From the human T2T-CHM13v2.0 reference genome, Homo sapiens: a stretch of DNA of 64,000 bases. The DNA lies in contig CP086569.2 of the NCBI GenBank assembly GCA_009914755.4, forward strand, positions 24,448,001 to 24,512,000. The letters run 5' to 3'. The translations under genes were made by a program, and so were the position numbers. This document shows positions 28,549 to 44,932 of this stretch, in pieces (position 1 is the first letter of the stretch; every line of letters begins with the position of its first letter). The notes beneath the pieces were generated by a model. It had not been told where the DNA came from, did not search any database, and was given only the letters and a program-made list of their open reading frames with translations.

Positions 28549-30589
28549 AACGAAAGGATAAAGATGGCTGCTAGAGTCACTGAAGACTCACCTTGTCCAC
28601 AAAGAAGGTCTGAAATAGCAAATAGATAACTATGCATTGAATCGAACATCTTTGGGAGAAGGCTGGAATTCAGCAGGGAAGTGACAGTGACTCTCTAAGA
28701 CATGAAAACTGGGGATGGCAGCAGTATAGAGAGGGACCAAAGCAGCCAGCTGGAATTGGCTCAAAACCAAAAGGAATTCTCCACTGTGGGAGAAAGAAAG
28801 ACTGCATTTGCAATCCTAGATGCAGAGAATCCCCTTGGCCCTGTGAGGACAGATCCTAAGCCTAATAACAGAGACCTGCCTGACGTCCACACAACTACAC
28901 TGTCCCAGAGAGGGAACTCATGCAAGACCCGGTGCCCACAGAGGCCCACCCTGCTGGTGCATGGCCCAGTATTGAGGGTGATATTGAGCAAAAGGCTGTC
29001 TAGAACCTACATCAGAGAGCCTTTTGCCCAGGGGTCCAATATCCCCTGCATCTCCGTGTCTTGGGTCCTTGCTGACATGCCCTCTTGTCCACCCAGAGGC
29101 CTCAGTGTCATGATGTCAGCTGGATGCAGCAATGTGGTTGGGTCCATGGTGATGGAAATCATGCAGCATCCTATACCCCAGGGAATAGGCATTCCAGCAT
29201 ATTTGAGTGGCTGCGTCAAAACATAGGGAACAAAAATGTGTGATCCATAGAACGTGGGAAATACCTGCCTGAGGATGCTGCCACTGAGGCACCAACTTCT
29301 CCCAGCCCCTCAGCAGCAAGACAACCACACACCTGTAAGTGTCATGTCAGGTCCCACAACCCAGATCCTAAGCTGCTACTGCCAATATAGCCACCCACAT
29401 GTACCACATGAGGGACTCAAGACTGACCCACCTAGCCCACAGGCACCACACTGGGGCCCTTCCATGCTGCCTGGGACCCCTAGGACTTACCTGTCCAATG
29501 CAGCTGCCACAGCTGCTGTCTACTGATGCTACCCAGGAGCCTGAATACAGGCCTACTCAGTACACCAAACCCCAGCAAAGTCTCACCCCAGGCTCTTAAA
29601 ACAACTAAAATCTAAGCCATTAAGGCACCCTCATACATTTCTGATATTGAGTATAGCTAAAGAAATAATACGAAGACCATGCTATGCTACTTACCCAGAA
29701 GCAAAGTCAAAGTACTCTGCCCAATCAACATTATAGATGCATGTACAGGGAATAGTTTTGTTCCAGTGCTTTCTTTTAAGCTTCAGATAATATTCTCACA
29801 TGGATATGCAGATTAACAGCCAGCAGAAGGCCTGCATGAACTCTTTTGCCTCTCTGGGGTTTTCTTTTTGTGTAAGTCCTCTTTTATTTTCTGGCATTTT
29901 GTTCTACAGATTCTAGCTTTCTTGATATAGTTGAACTCTGATTTTAGTCTTCTCAATCTAGTAACACCCCCTAAGTTATGGCCTGGTGATAAGTAGGGTT
30001 CATCCTTACACTGTCTTTGTTCATCTTTTCTGAGAAATTATTGTTTGGTGCTGCCTGGAATTGAATGTAGAAAAATCTTTGGTTCATATTTCTGTCTAGT
30101 TTTGTGGTTATTTAACCTGGGAGGGTAAATATGGTCCCTGCTACCTCATTATGGTTAGGGGCGTAACAGGACCATGGAAGGCTTTCAGAAGTCATTTTTG
30201 AAGACACAACGCAAATTCGGTTTGCATAATGAACTTAGATAAAATACAGCCAAGAAAATAATGTTAGCAGAAACCAGGCCTTACAGAAATCTTTTTAGCG
30301 AGTTATTATGCTCAGACTTAAAAGAATAAAAAAAACCAGACCAACGGGTAAAATATACATATTCTAACTTTAATCTGGGGTATTAGAATTATTCAGACAG
30401 TTGTGCAAATAAAATTCAAATATAGTTGAAACATTTGTATAAGCTGGTCTATATACTACTTTCTGTGTGGAAAGAATACATACGGATACAAATTTCAGAA
30501 AGAACATAAAAACTGGCATACTATGTTTTCAAAAAAAACCAGCATATTATGTTTTCAAAAAAACCCACATTTATTTTACTGTATTTTCC

Positions 30590-30857
30590 TTTTTTGGAAA
30601 CAGATTCTGGATCTCTGGCCCACGCTGGAGTGCAATGGCGCAATTTTGGCTCTCTGAAACCTCCGCCTCCTGGAGGTGATCCTCCTGCCTCCCGAGTAGC
30701 CGGGACTACAGGCATACGCCACCAGACCTGCCAAAGTTGTTTGGTATTGTTAGTAAAGATGGGCTTTCGCCATGTTAGCCAGGCTGGTCTCATTTGAGAT
30801 ACACGTGCCTCAGCCTCCTAAAGTGCTAGGATTACAGGCGTGAGCCACCTTGCCTGG
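30590..30857 (-). mobile_element. Alu (minus)
   Basis: ...GGAAACAGATTCTGGATCTCTGGCCCACGCTGGAGTGCAATGGCGCAATTTTGGCTCTCTGAAACCTCCGCCTCC...GCCTCCTAAAGTGCTAGGATTACAGGCGTGAGCCACCTTGCCTGGC. Confidence 0.9.
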
Positions 30858-30916
30858 CAAAAAAATAAAAATAAAAATAAAATAAAGATAAAAATAAAAT
30901 AATAATAATAATAATC
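30858..30916. repeat. (AAAAT)n/(AAT)n simple repeat between two Alus
   Basis: AAAAAAATAAAAATAAAAATAAAATAAAGATAAAAATAAAATAATAATAATAATAAT. Confidence 0.9.
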
Positions 30917-31262
30917 CAGCAGGGCGCGGTGGCTCATGCCTGTAATCCCTGTCCTTTGGGAGGCCGAGGCGGGCGGATCACGAGGTCAGGAGATCGAGAC
31001 CATCCTGGCTAACACGGTGAAACCCCGTCTATACTTAAAAAAAAAAAATACAAAAAATTAGCCAGGCGTAGTGGCGTGCGCCAGCAGTCCCAGCTAGTCG
31101 GGAGGCTGAGGCGGCAGAATAGCATGAACCTGGGAGGCGGAGCTTGCAGTGAGCAGAGGCATGCCACTGCATTCCAGCCTGAGCAACAGAGTGATACTCC
31201 GTCTCAAAAACAAAAAAACAAAACAACAAAAAAAACTACCAAAAAAAAAAAAAAAAGAAAAA
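30917..31262 (+). mobile_element. Alu (plus, AluY-like) with a long A-rich tail
   Basis: ...GGCGCGGTGGCTCATGCCTGTAATCCC...GGCGGGCGGATCACGAGGTCAGGAGATCGAGACCATCCTGGCTAACACGGTGAAACCCCGTCT...CAGCCTGAGCAACAGAGTGATACTCCGTCTCAAAAACAAAAAAAC... Confidence 0.9.
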
Positions 31263-31266
31263 TGTG

Positions 31267-31274
31267 GATTTTTT

Positions 31275-31306
<32 letters not shown>

Positions 31307-31590
31307 CTTTTGAGACGGAGTCTGGCTCTGTCGCTCAGCCTGGAGTGCAGTGGCGTGTCTCAGCTCACTGCAAGCTCCGCCTCCCGGGTTCATGCCATTC
31401 TCCTGCCTCAGCTGCTCGAGTAGCTGGGAGTACAGGTGCCTGCCACCAGCCCAGCTAATTTTTTGTATTTTTAGTGGAGACGGGGTTTCACCGTGTTAGC
31501 CAGGATGGTCTCGATCTCCTGACCTTGTGATCTGCCCGCCTCGGCCTCCTAAAGTGTTGGGATTACCGGCGTGAGCCACTGTGCCTGGCC
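31267..31590 (-). mobile_element. Alu (minus, AluY-like), tail-to-tail with the preceding Alu
   Basis: T-rich tail, then TTTGAGACGGAGTCTGGCTCTGTCGCTCAGCCTGGAGTGCAGTGGCGTGTCTCAGCTCACTGCAAGCTCCGCCTCCCGGGTTCATGCCATTCTCC...GGGATTACCGGCGTGAGCCACTGTGCCTGGCC. Confidence 0.9.
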
Positions 31591-33026
31591 AGAAAAAAAT
31601 CCACATTTAAAAAATATAGAATACAAATTATTATGGACATTACCATTTTTATATCAGTCACTTGAGAAATGGCACTTTTCTCAAATGAGTATTGTATATT
31701 GGAATCAATTTTGCAAAATCAGAAAATGTGATTTATTTCTGGGGATGCTAGGCATATTAGACATTTTTTCCAGTTGCATTTAGGTATGGGGAAAAAAGAG
31801 CTAGACAGAGAAATTCTGTGACTTAATCCAGCTAGTCTATGACTACACAGGACAAACCTATAGTCTGATACAATTGCATTGACTTGGTAGAGTAAGGTAG
31901 ACCATGCCTGTGGGGCAACTAAAGTAATAAAAGGAGGTACTGTACGATTTATGGGAGAGGTGGTGAGTAGGTATTTAAACACAGCAGAGTTTCAATAGGT
32001 TCAAGGTAAAGGACGCCTATGTATTAAAGGTCAAAACATCATGTTTAGACTGTGAGAGAACCCAGTGTCTTTATTCCTTGTAGATCACAAGTTGACATTT
32101 GTGTGGAATTTTGAGTGCAAATGCCTGTTATTTGAAGCTATGCACCTAGGCTGGAAAACAGTTTTTCTTCTATGGAAAGTGACAAATCAGCCGGGCAAGA
32201 GTGCTAAGTTTTATCTTCACCGATAACATTTCAAACAGCAAATACTCTGTTTATAATTTTAGAACATAAAGTTTCTCAGTGAGTAAGAAAGCCGAAGTCA
32301 TTCAGAGATGATAATTTTTGTGACCCTTTATAGCTGTACCCAGACTTTGGCAGAAATATTTATTTCCATTAAGTCGGGAGCTGGCTTTTCGGTTCTCCCC
32401 TCAACGTGATGAATTGAGGTGGTGGATTTTAACCTTTTCATCTTTGTTTTATTTTCTAACCTGTTAGAATTTACTTATCTCAGCATTATTGCTATTTCCA
32501 GTAACAAAGCTGAACTTGCTTGTTTATACTATATACAATTTAAAGTAAACTACCACGTTAGCCTCTATATTTGAAAGTAAAACTAAGTAAAATTTGGTCA
32601 TTTTTATTACCGTGAGTGTCCATATACTTTTACTACATTTGTATGCAATTTAATGTAACTAGTTTAAATTTAACATTAGTATTAATGATATCCACTGTGG
32701 GTGCTCTTTTTTCTATCGGCTCTTTTTTGTGTGCACATTTAGGTGATTTCTTACATTTTGCTATTAAATATTGTTTCAGATAACTTTCTTCTGCACTCCT
32801 AGTTTCCTAATGTACAAGGAAATTTGTCAGTAGGGATTTTATATTGATAGTCATGCAGCAACACACATGTACACTTGTACATGTTTAATATAAACAGACC
32901 AGTTAGATAATATAAAGCGCAAAATAAAACAAGTAAATATTGCCCAGTTCTCAAACGATGAAGAAACTAGCCTTCATGGCAAAATCTTTAGCACGAAGTC
33001 ATTTGCCACTCTACAAAATAAACAGA

Positions 33027-33345
33027 GGTCGGGAGCTGTGGCTCAAGCTTGTAATCCAGCATTTTTGGAGGCCAAGAAATTCAGATCACTTTAGGCTAGG
33101 ACTTCAAGACCAGTCTGGCCAACACCAGGAAACCTGATCTCTATGAAAAATATGAAAATTAGCCAGACATGGTGGTGTACGCCTATAGTACCTTACAGTT
33201 ACTTTGGAGGCCGAGGCATGAGAATCGTTTGAACCTGGTAGGCTGAGTCTGAAGTGACCTGAGATTGCACCATGCACCCTAGCATAGGTGACAGAGCGAG
33301 ACTTCAACTCAAAAATAAATATAAATATAAACAAATATATAAATA
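33027..33345 (+). mobile_element. Alu (plus, old AluJ-like) with an (AAATAT)-rich tail
   Basis: GGTCGGGAGCTGTGGCTCAAGCTTGTAATCCAGCATTTTTGGAGGCCAAG...GACCAGTCTGGCCAACACCAGGAAACC...AATTAGCCAGACATGGTGGTGTACGCCTATAGTACC...GAGATTGCACCATGCACCCTAGCATAGGTGACAGAGCGAGACTTCAACTC. Confidence 0.85.
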
Positions 33346-33380
33346 ATAGACATGGTATCCTTCACTTCAGGCAGTTATCA

Positions 33381-33552
33381 TTTTTTTCTTCTTTTTTTTT
33401 AATTTTGAGACAGTGTCTCACTCTGTTGTCCACACTGGATTGCTTTGGCATCATCATAGCTCACTGCAGGCTTGAACTCCTGAGTTCAAATGCTTGGCCT
33501 CCCATTTGAGCCTCCTCAGTAGCTGGAATTACAGGCACACACAACCATGTGC
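33381..33552 (-). mobile_element. Partial Alu (minus orientation), abutting a (TG)n microsatellite at 33553..33580
   Basis: T-rich tail, then GAGACAGTGTCTCACTCTGTTGTCCACACTGGATTGCTTTGGCATCATCATAGCTCACTGCAGGCTTGAACTCCTGAGTTCAAATGCTTGGCCTCCCATTTGAGCCTCCTCAGTAGCTGGAATTACAGGCACACACAACCATG, then (TG)n. Confidence 0.8.
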
Positions 33553-34499
33553 AGTGTGTGTGTGTGTGTGTGTGTTTTGTTTGTGAACTATTCTTTTGAA
33601 TCACATCTTTTTATAACCCAATCTTTTTATTCATTATTTTAGTTAAACTCTGTTTCAACTGCAATGTGCTTTTATATTAACTTTTTTTTCACAGGGTAGC
33701 ATGGGATACACTTTCCGAGCTCTGGTATATGTAAAGTTGTCTTTCTACTAATTTTCCATGAGTTTGAAAATTTACGTGTATGAAATTTTTGGTCATGCCA
33801 TATGAATTCTTTTTACCAAGAATTCTTTAGACATTGCCATATATTCTGGAGTTTTGTTTATAGAAGAGACATGTGTGGCCAATTTGACCAGTGACTTCTA
33901 TTCAGGAAAATTCTTAATTTATGTTTATGCTATAAGATTTTTTTAACACATTAAATTAAAAAATTTGACCAGGATAAGCTCAATGCCTCTCTCAGTTTGT
34001 ATAGGTGAGGTTAACACAAGACCATTGTGTACTGTGTTGTTTGTTTATGGCATTAATATACCTTGCTGAATGATCACTACCTGTTGACCTGCCTCCTTGC
34101 CTCCTCATAGAATGTAATGGAACCAAAAAAAAAAAAAAAACATTTTTAATCAAGCATATCTTCTAAAGTCAACCTGAGCCTTCCCAGTGTGGATTTCATC
34201 TTTGACCAAATTTTTCTAACCAACGTAGAGGACAGCAAGCGGGGGAACCAAGGAGATCAATCTCTGCCTCCTGTATTTTCGTGAAGTTAGAGCACCAATC
34301 TCTTTAACTGCTGTTCAGAGATATCCAAAATGCCACAGAAAGCCCAGAAGTAGTTTGTTTGTAGAGAAAGATACTTATCGTGACCAAGGGTAAGGAAGAG
34401 TTCTCTTCGCAGAACATGCAATTTAAAGGCTAGTTTGGTGCTTGATACACAGAGGACAATCACTCAATAAATGCTATTGGCTGACAAATAACCTGAAAA

Positions 34500-34592
34500 G
34501 CTGCCTGAATGCTCCTGGAATTAATGCATTCTTATCCCCCTTCAGAGCTGCCTGAATGCTCCTGGAATTAATGAATTCTTATCCCCCTTCAG
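34500..34592. repeat. Tandem duplication of a ~47-bp unit (2 copies, 1 mismatch)
   Basis: GCTGCCTGAATGCTCCTGGAATTAATGCATTCTTATCCCCCTTCAGA followed by GCTGCCTGAATGCTCCTGGAATTAATGAATTCTTATCCCCCTTCAG. Confidence 0.9.
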
Positions 34593-35117
34593 CCTGTTTT
34601 TATGTTGGCATTTGAAGCATCATCTTCAGGCCTGTTTTAGATAAGTCATTTTGGATTCTTCTAGATCTTTAAGATGCCTTTTAATTTCATGGACCTTAAA
34701 GATTTGGGGTCAGACCACCAAAGATGATGAATGTGAATGGAGGAGCCATGGCTTCTACGATTTTAAATAACCTTTCTTCAAACTGGGTTGATAGTCACTG
34801 AGTACACAGAGAACTAAGCCATCTTTCTCCTAGTTGCAACTGATGTTCTGGATGCCCTGGTATATAGAAGATTCCAGAAAGCACAGAGTGATGGCCATTT
34901 CCTCTTCCCATAGGTGCCTCCACCTCCAGTCTTGACCTGTCATCTAATTTGTAGATGTATTGTGCGGTGTCACCAGAAAAGCAACATTACAGCGACTTCC
35001 CCTCTTTTGCATGTTAAGGTGAATTCTGTGTTTGTGACCTTTCTTGGATGTATGAAAATGGGGTAATAAGTGACAGGAGGGATGTTAAAAGGCAGCAAAG
35101 TGGGCTGAGTTTATTTA

Positions 35118-35561
<444 letters not shown>

Positions 35562-36131
35562 TCAGATAAAGGAGGAAAAAACTACAAGAGTAACTGTCAT
35601 GTTCATGAGTTGCTGAGAAAGACAGGCAAGTGGGAAAAAGATTTTAATAAGCTTGCTCCATATTGAGAATGATCTAGGGAATTTTTCATAGTATTAAAAT
35701 TGCTTTTCAAAAATCGCTGCTGAATGTCAGGTTGCTGCTCTTGCGAATGCCACACTGTGCTAAGCCTGGGCCATGAGGGAGCTCAGCTTTATAGGAATTA
35801 GAGAGGCTGTCACAGTTTCACCCAGTTCTACTCTACCAGCTAGAAATGTATATAAATGCATCATGTTGTTTTACTTGTCTCAACATTGCTTGATAAGAAT
35901 TTCCTCCTTAAAACATAGCTCCACAGAATCTGAGAGCTGGGTAGGACTTCAGAGTCAATCAAAGCAGTCTGAATGCTCAACCCTAATGAACTTAATTTAA
36001 AAAAAGAAAAAGTAAAACCTTTTGTGATTTCTAAAGATTTTATTAATTTTAGAACTTGGGATATACTTGATATAGTTCGTTTTATAATAGACTATTTAAA
36101 TTCTCAAACTCTCAAGTTATTGATAAACTTT

Positions 36132-38905
<2,774 letters not shown>

Positions 38906-40415
38906 TTATTCATAAATATTTGTCCAGGGCCTCCTAGGTACAAGGTTCTATACCCTAAGGATATAGTAGTAAATAAGTTCCCACCCTCGGAAGGCTAACA
39001 TTTTTGCCAACTTTCAGGGTTTTGTTTCGATACCTGAAACTTGAATATTTAGTTTATTTCTGCCCTTCCCCACGTTAACTTAAGATTTAATAACAACAAA
39101 ACAAGTATAAGATAAGGACATAGATAAATTTAGTATTCTGATTCCCATGGGTTCCTTTTAGGATTTAGCATAAAATGAACTCTCTTACTCTTTCTTTCTC
39201 TTTTTCCTCTCTTCCCACCCCACATATACTCATTTTCTTTTTCCCTCTCTCTCCCTCTCGCTCTCTCTCTCCTTCCTAATTCCAAGCTCTACCTCCTGAT
39301 CACTGCCTTGCCTCCTTGTTGACACTCTTGCAATCTAATACAGGATTTTTTAAAATATATAAGTACCTTACCTAAAATAATCCCTGCTACTGTGTAAACT
39401 AGCAAATGTGTCATCTTCCTTAGACTTCTCAGTCTTTGAGAAGTGATAAGGATTGCAGGTTCTACGGCATAGGGGAAGCATTCTTGGGTGTGTGTGGAGT
39501 GTAGAGGGGTTGCTTTATCACTCTAATCACAGCATCTTGACAGTTTCTACTACAGGCAGGACTTGTTCTGACCTTCCTTATACAGCTTTCCCCCGGGGTT
39601 ATAAGAATGTTTGCATTCAGAACAAGATGTCTGTATCTCTGCCACAGATTCTGGAGATGGTCGATGCTCCCTGAGATTGCTGAGGATGAGAGGAACCCTT
39701 CAAACTGCATCCCCAGCAAAAGAACATGATTTTTCCCCATATAAGACACAGCAGAGAATTCAACCCCAGACAGCCACAGGGTCCCCTCTGACAGGCTGAT
39801 TTAATACTCAAGGAAGATTCTTCTAGACAGTCTTATCATCAGTGCCTGAGAACAGACGCTTTAGAAGCCGACTCTAAGGAAGAAGCAAATCTCTACAGAA
39901 TGGACCACTCACTGTTCTAGTAATCACAACTATAGAACCAGTACAATTCCTTCTCTGGTAATACATTCATTCACAGCCTTCAACAAACATTTGGTGACCG
40001 CTTACCCTATATCCAGGACTGTGTCAAATAATTATGAAGCTAAGTAAGAAAAGACTCTATTCTCCAAGAGTCTGAACTCAGTGGGGAACTCCCAGTCCAG
40101 TGTAGTATAGAGGACAAGGTACTCGCTCCCAGTTTAAGCTCCTCATGCTACCAGAGGACCTGGACAAAAAAACCTTATGATGGCCTGAGGTTATGTGTTA
40201 CATTTAAAGTTTCAATACAATGTAATTAACACCATAATATAAACAGGAATATTTCAGCAAGCGTCTACGCATCCCAGAATTACAAAATAAAGTGAATAAA
40301 TGTCTATGAGCACTTCTTTGTGCCAGGGACTATGCCAAGTGTTAAAACATGACATTGAATAAGACACAATCCTTTCCCTTTGAAAGGGATACATTTAGTT
40401 CAGTAACTCAAATAA

Positions 40416-40932
<517 letters not shown>

Positions 40933-41335
40933 TAGAAAGATACCTTTCCTGGACCTTGGTATCACAAACCATTTAATATCTTTAATAAGGCAGAAAGCAA
41001 TGTAAAATAAAATCCCCTCTAGGTCAAAACACATACTTAGCATAGATTTGTGTGGGTTTTTTTTTTTCTGATTTCCACTATTAGTTACAACATTTGCCTT
41101 GTGCCCACTCTGTAGCAATTGTACAGCAGAGCTGAGGACTTTCATAAGAGGAAGGGAAACATCCCAGTGATGAGGTCCCAGCCTTGGAGCAGCCCTGGAT
41201 CCTGCTCCGGGAGTTTATGGTCTAGGATGGGAGTGAAGACACAGCTACAATATTTTAGGTAAAAAGTGAAGTCCTGATTAAACCCTGTTAGGGCAGGAAA
41301 CTAACAAAGGAAGAAATAAGGTATGACCCAAACCA

Positions 41336-41652
41336 TATTTTTTGTCTTTTTTCTTTTCTTGTCTTTTCTATTTTTTTGAGTCAGAGTCTTACTCTGTCAC
41401 CCAGGCTGGAGTGTGCAATGGTGCAGTCATAACTCACTGCAGCCCTGAACTCCTGAGATCAAATGATCTCAGCCTCCCGAGTAGCTAGGAGTATAGGCGT
41501 CCACCAACATGCCCAGCTAATGTTTATATCTTTTGCAGAGACAGGGTCTCACTATGTTGCCCAGGCTGGTCTCAAACTACTAGCCTTAAGCAATCCCCCT
41601 GCCTTGGCCTCCCAAAGTACTGGGATTACAGGCATCAGCCCTGTGCCTGGCC
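41336..41652 (-). mobile_element. Alu (minus, old AluJ-like)
   Basis: ...TTGAGTCAGAGTCTTACTCTGTCACCCAGGCTGGAGTGTGCAATGGTGCAGTCATAACTCACTGCAGCCCTGAACTCCTGAGATCAAATGATCTCAGCCTCCCGAGTAGCTAGGAGTATAGGC...GGGATTACAGGCATCAGCCCTGTGCCTGGCC. Confidence 0.85.
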
Positions 41653-42791
41653 CCCTATGATTAGAATATGTTTATTCATGTATTCTTATTAGTTGAGAAC
41701 CCCATCTCCTATGTCAGAAGGCTACCCGATAAAAAGAAGATACTAAGACATACAAGATAAGCTACCAGGGATAGATACACAAGTTCTTCGGGGTGCTGGA
41801 AGGATTGTCCATCTGGGCTCAAGCCAAGCACAAGCTTGGCAAAGAGAGATTGAGAAAGGTATCTGGACCAGAAACCACATCCTCTTAAGGTGGTAGTTCA
41901 CCATTTAGGTGAAACTAGAGGGGAAAATGTCAACAATGCTAATGAACATTTCAAATGTACAAAGTGCTACTGCTCACCACCCTCCCTTGCTCAATCCCAC
42001 ACACCCCTCTCCCCAGCCACACTGGGACCTTCTGGCTCCTGGATGTGACTAGGTTCTACTTCAGGGTCTCCACATATGCTGGACCCTCAAGTGGAATATT
42101 CTTTCCCCTTCTCTCCCTTGGGTAATGGCTACTCATTTTTCAGACGTTAGTTTAAATGCAACTTTTCAAAGCTCCTTTCTCTGAGTCTTCATTCTACAAA
42201 AAAATGGTTCTGTTGGCCTCTCTCATGTAAGCAAACTTTACATACATTTGCTTCAGAGCATTTTTCGCAGTCTGTGGTTATATTTTTGTATTTAGATTTT
42301 AATCTGTCCCCACTACTAGACTACCTAAATGAGGGTGAGAATCACATCTGTTCACCACTGTATACCCAGTGCCTACCACATAGTAAGGTGTAAAAAGTTA
42401 CATGATGCTAAATGGATTTCAAGTGCAAGAGAGATTTTCATAGGTCAGAGCTAAGACCAATGGAAATAAGACTGTACCAACACTATAAAAAAGAAATTCT
42501 TATTTCCTTATTAGCATCATAATCAATATATTTGTAATATAAATTAATTATAATGTATTTCTAAATTATATGCCCTAATCATTATGCTAAGTAAGGATCT
42601 TGCCATGTCAATACATAATGAGATCTCAGACACCAACAGGATTTGAGAGGAAGCAAGGTGATCCCCTTGATTCCGAAAACAAGAGGGTGTTGGGCATTGC
42701 CGTGTATTAACTACTTTGCTAGATGTTGAAGATACAAAAATAAATAAGAAAATATTGATGATCCCAAGGAGCTCCTCTTTCATCATCATTC

Positions 42792-43099
42792 TTTTTTTGG
42801 TGTTCTTTTGTTTTGTTTTGAGATGTAGTTTCACTCTTGTTGCCCAGGCTGGAGTACAATGGTGTGATCTCAACTCACCACAACCCCCACCTCCCAGGTT
42901 CAAGTGATTCTCCTGCCTCAGCCTTCTGAGTAGCTGGGATTACAGGCATGCGCCACCATGCCTGGATAATTTTGTATTTTTAGTAGAGACGGGTTTTCTC
43001 CATGTTGGTCAGGCTAGTCTTGAACTCCTGACCTCAGGTAATCCACCACCTCTGCCTCCCAAAGTGCTGGGATTACAGGTGTGAGCCACCGCACCTGGC
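42792..43099 (-). mobile_element. Alu (minus, AluS-like) with TSD ATCATTCTT
   Basis: ...TTTTGAGATGTAGTTTCACTCTTGTTGCCCAGGCTGGAGTACAATGGTGTGATCTCAACTCACCACAACCCCCACCTCCCAGGTTCAAGTGATTCTCC...GGGATTACAGGTGTGAGCCACCGCACCTGGC. Flanks are CATCATTCTTTTT and GATCATTCTTAAA. Confidence 0.9.
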
Positions 43100-43439
43100 T
43101 GGTGATCATTCTTAAAGAAAGCATTTAGACTAGAAGATCTATAATAATCCAGACAGAAATTTGTTGATCAGGTTATAGAGGTCACCTAGCAAACACCATT
43201 GGGACTGACCTGCAGACAGGTCCACTGTGATGGGCAATGAGAACCTTCAAACAGCATCTTCTTGGCTCCCCCATGCCTGTCCAGCAACAGCACTTTAGGT
43301 GTTATGAGTTGATAGATGATCTCTGAATTGAATAAAAGGCATGCATCTGGAAGTAGATGGCCCCAGATAAAGCAATTCTGTGAGGAGACCTCAGAGATGC
43401 AAAACAGTCCTTGCCTTCCCCATGAAGAGAGGGTTCCAG

Positions 43440-43870
43440 AAAGAATATATTAGTATGCAGGGGCTGTTATAACAAAGCACCACAGCCTGGTGGACTTAAA
43501 CAACAGACATTTGTTTTCTCATTATTCTGGAAGGTAGAAGAGTGAGATCAAGGTGTTGGCAGGGTTGCTTTCTTCTGAGACCTCTCTCCTTGACTTGCAA
43601 AGGGTCATTTTTTTCCCTGTGTCTTCATATGGTCTTCCTTCTATAGGTATTCATGTCCTCATCTCCTCTTCTAAAAAGGATGCCAGTCATATTGAAATAA
43701 GGCCCCATCCTAATGCCTCACTTAACCTTAATTACCTCTTTGAAGACTGTGTCTCCAAATATAGTCGCATTATGAAATAATAACCCCTAGTAAGGGGTTG
43801 GGGCTTCAATATATGAATTTGTGGGGGAGCACAATTTAGCCCATATCAGCAAAGAAGCAGAATATTGAAG
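43440..43870 (+). mobile_element. Solitary ERVL-MaLR-type LTR (MLT/MST-like)
   Basis: GGGCTGTTATAACAAAGCACCACAGCCTGGTGGACTTAAACAACAGACATTTGTTTTCTCATTATTCTGGAAGGTAGAAGAGTGAGATCAAGGTGTTGGCAGGGTTGCTTTCTTCTGAGACCTCTCTCCTTGACTTGCAAAGGGTCATTTTTTTCCCTGTGTCTTCATATGGTCTTCC...GGCCCCATCCTAATGCCTCACTTAACCTTAATTACCTCTTTGAAGACTGTGTCTCCAAATATAGTCGCATTATGAAATAATAACCCCTAGTAAGGGGTTGGGGCTTCAATATATGAATTTGTGGGGGAGCACAATTTAGCCCATATCAGC is the classic MaLR LTR consensus pattern. Confidence 0.8.
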
Positions 43871-44628
43871 TCAAATTGCCCGTATTTCACAATTTTCACT
43901 TTAAAATCAACTTAGTCCCCTCTCCTTAGTCCTGTTCATATTAAAATGCCACCGTCCAGAAAAGAAAAACAAAAAAAACCTGATGCAGCAATGAGCTCAT
44001 ACTTACATTCACTAGGAAGGTGGAACACATTAAGCCAGTAGCTCCCAACACCTGGCTCATCAAAAGAAGCTCTTAGGATGAATTTTTTTTAATCTAGATT
44101 ACTGGGCCCCATCATGTTACCAAAATATCAGAGGTTCAGTCTAGGTCCTACTGCTTGTCACACAGAAAGCCAATCGATCACTAACACAATGAGTATTTCT
44201 AAGAAGAAGGCTTTAATCGGGTGCTGCAGCCAAGGAGATGGGAGATGAGTCTCAAATCCACCTCTTTGACTGATTAACATCAGGTATTTATATAGCAGGG
44301 AAGAAATGTAACCATGCAGGAAAACAGGAAATAGGGAGAGGTAAGAAGAAGGAGTTGGTCAATAGGAAGCACGTAGTCAGTTAGGCAGTCATGAAGGGTG
44401 AGGGTTCTGTCATCTCATTGTCCAGATGCAGTGATCTGGTAAGCTTCAGTTCCTTGATACTATCTGAGAGGCTGAATAGTTGGTTTCCTGAGAAAGGAAC
44501 TCAGATAAGACAAATGCAACTTTCTCAAGTTTCAAGACTAGGAGTGTCAATTTCCATGTTTATTCAAAAGAAACCATAAAAATCAGCTTGATGGGACAAC
44601 TGGGTCAGTTTCAGTCATAAACCAATGA

Positions 44629-44932
44629 GGCCAGGCGCGGTGGCTCATGCCTGTAATCCCAGAACTTTGGGAGGCCGAGGCAGGCAGATCATCAGGTCAG
44701 GAGATAGAGACCATCCTGGCTAACATGGTGAAACCCCATCTCTACTAAAAATACAAAAAATTAGCCGGGCGCAGTGGCAAGCACCTGTAGTCCCAGCTAC
44801 TCAGGAGACTGAGGCAGGAGAATGGCATGAACCTGGGAGGTGGAGCTTGCAGTGAGCTGAGATAGTGCCACTGCAGTCTGGCCTGGGCGAAAGAGTGAGA
44901 CTCTGTCTCAAAAAAAAAAAAAAAAAAAAAAA
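44629..44932 (+). mobile_element. Alu (plus, AluY-like) with A23 tail and TSD AAACCAATGA
   Basis: GGCCAGGCGCGGTGGCTCATGCCTGTAATCCCAGAACTTTGGGAGGCCGAGGCAGGCAGATCATCAGGTCAGGAGATAGAGACCATCCTGGCTAACATGGTGAAACCCCATCTCTAC...GCCTGGGCGAAAGAGTGAGACTCTGTCTC, then A23. Flanks are ATAAACCAATGAG and AAACCAATGAATT. Confidence 0.92.

Noticed and set aside
31255-31614. Short inverted motif AAAAATGTGGATTTTT / AAAAATCCACATTT flanking the minus-strand Alu at 31267..31590 (instead of a direct TSD)
   Set aside because: Only a 6-7 bp core (TGTGGA/TCCACA) embedded in A/T runs that are trivially self-complementary. This is most likely coincidence, or TSD erosion in poly-A/T context. The two neighbouring AluY copies differ at many positions, so an inverted duplication is not supported.
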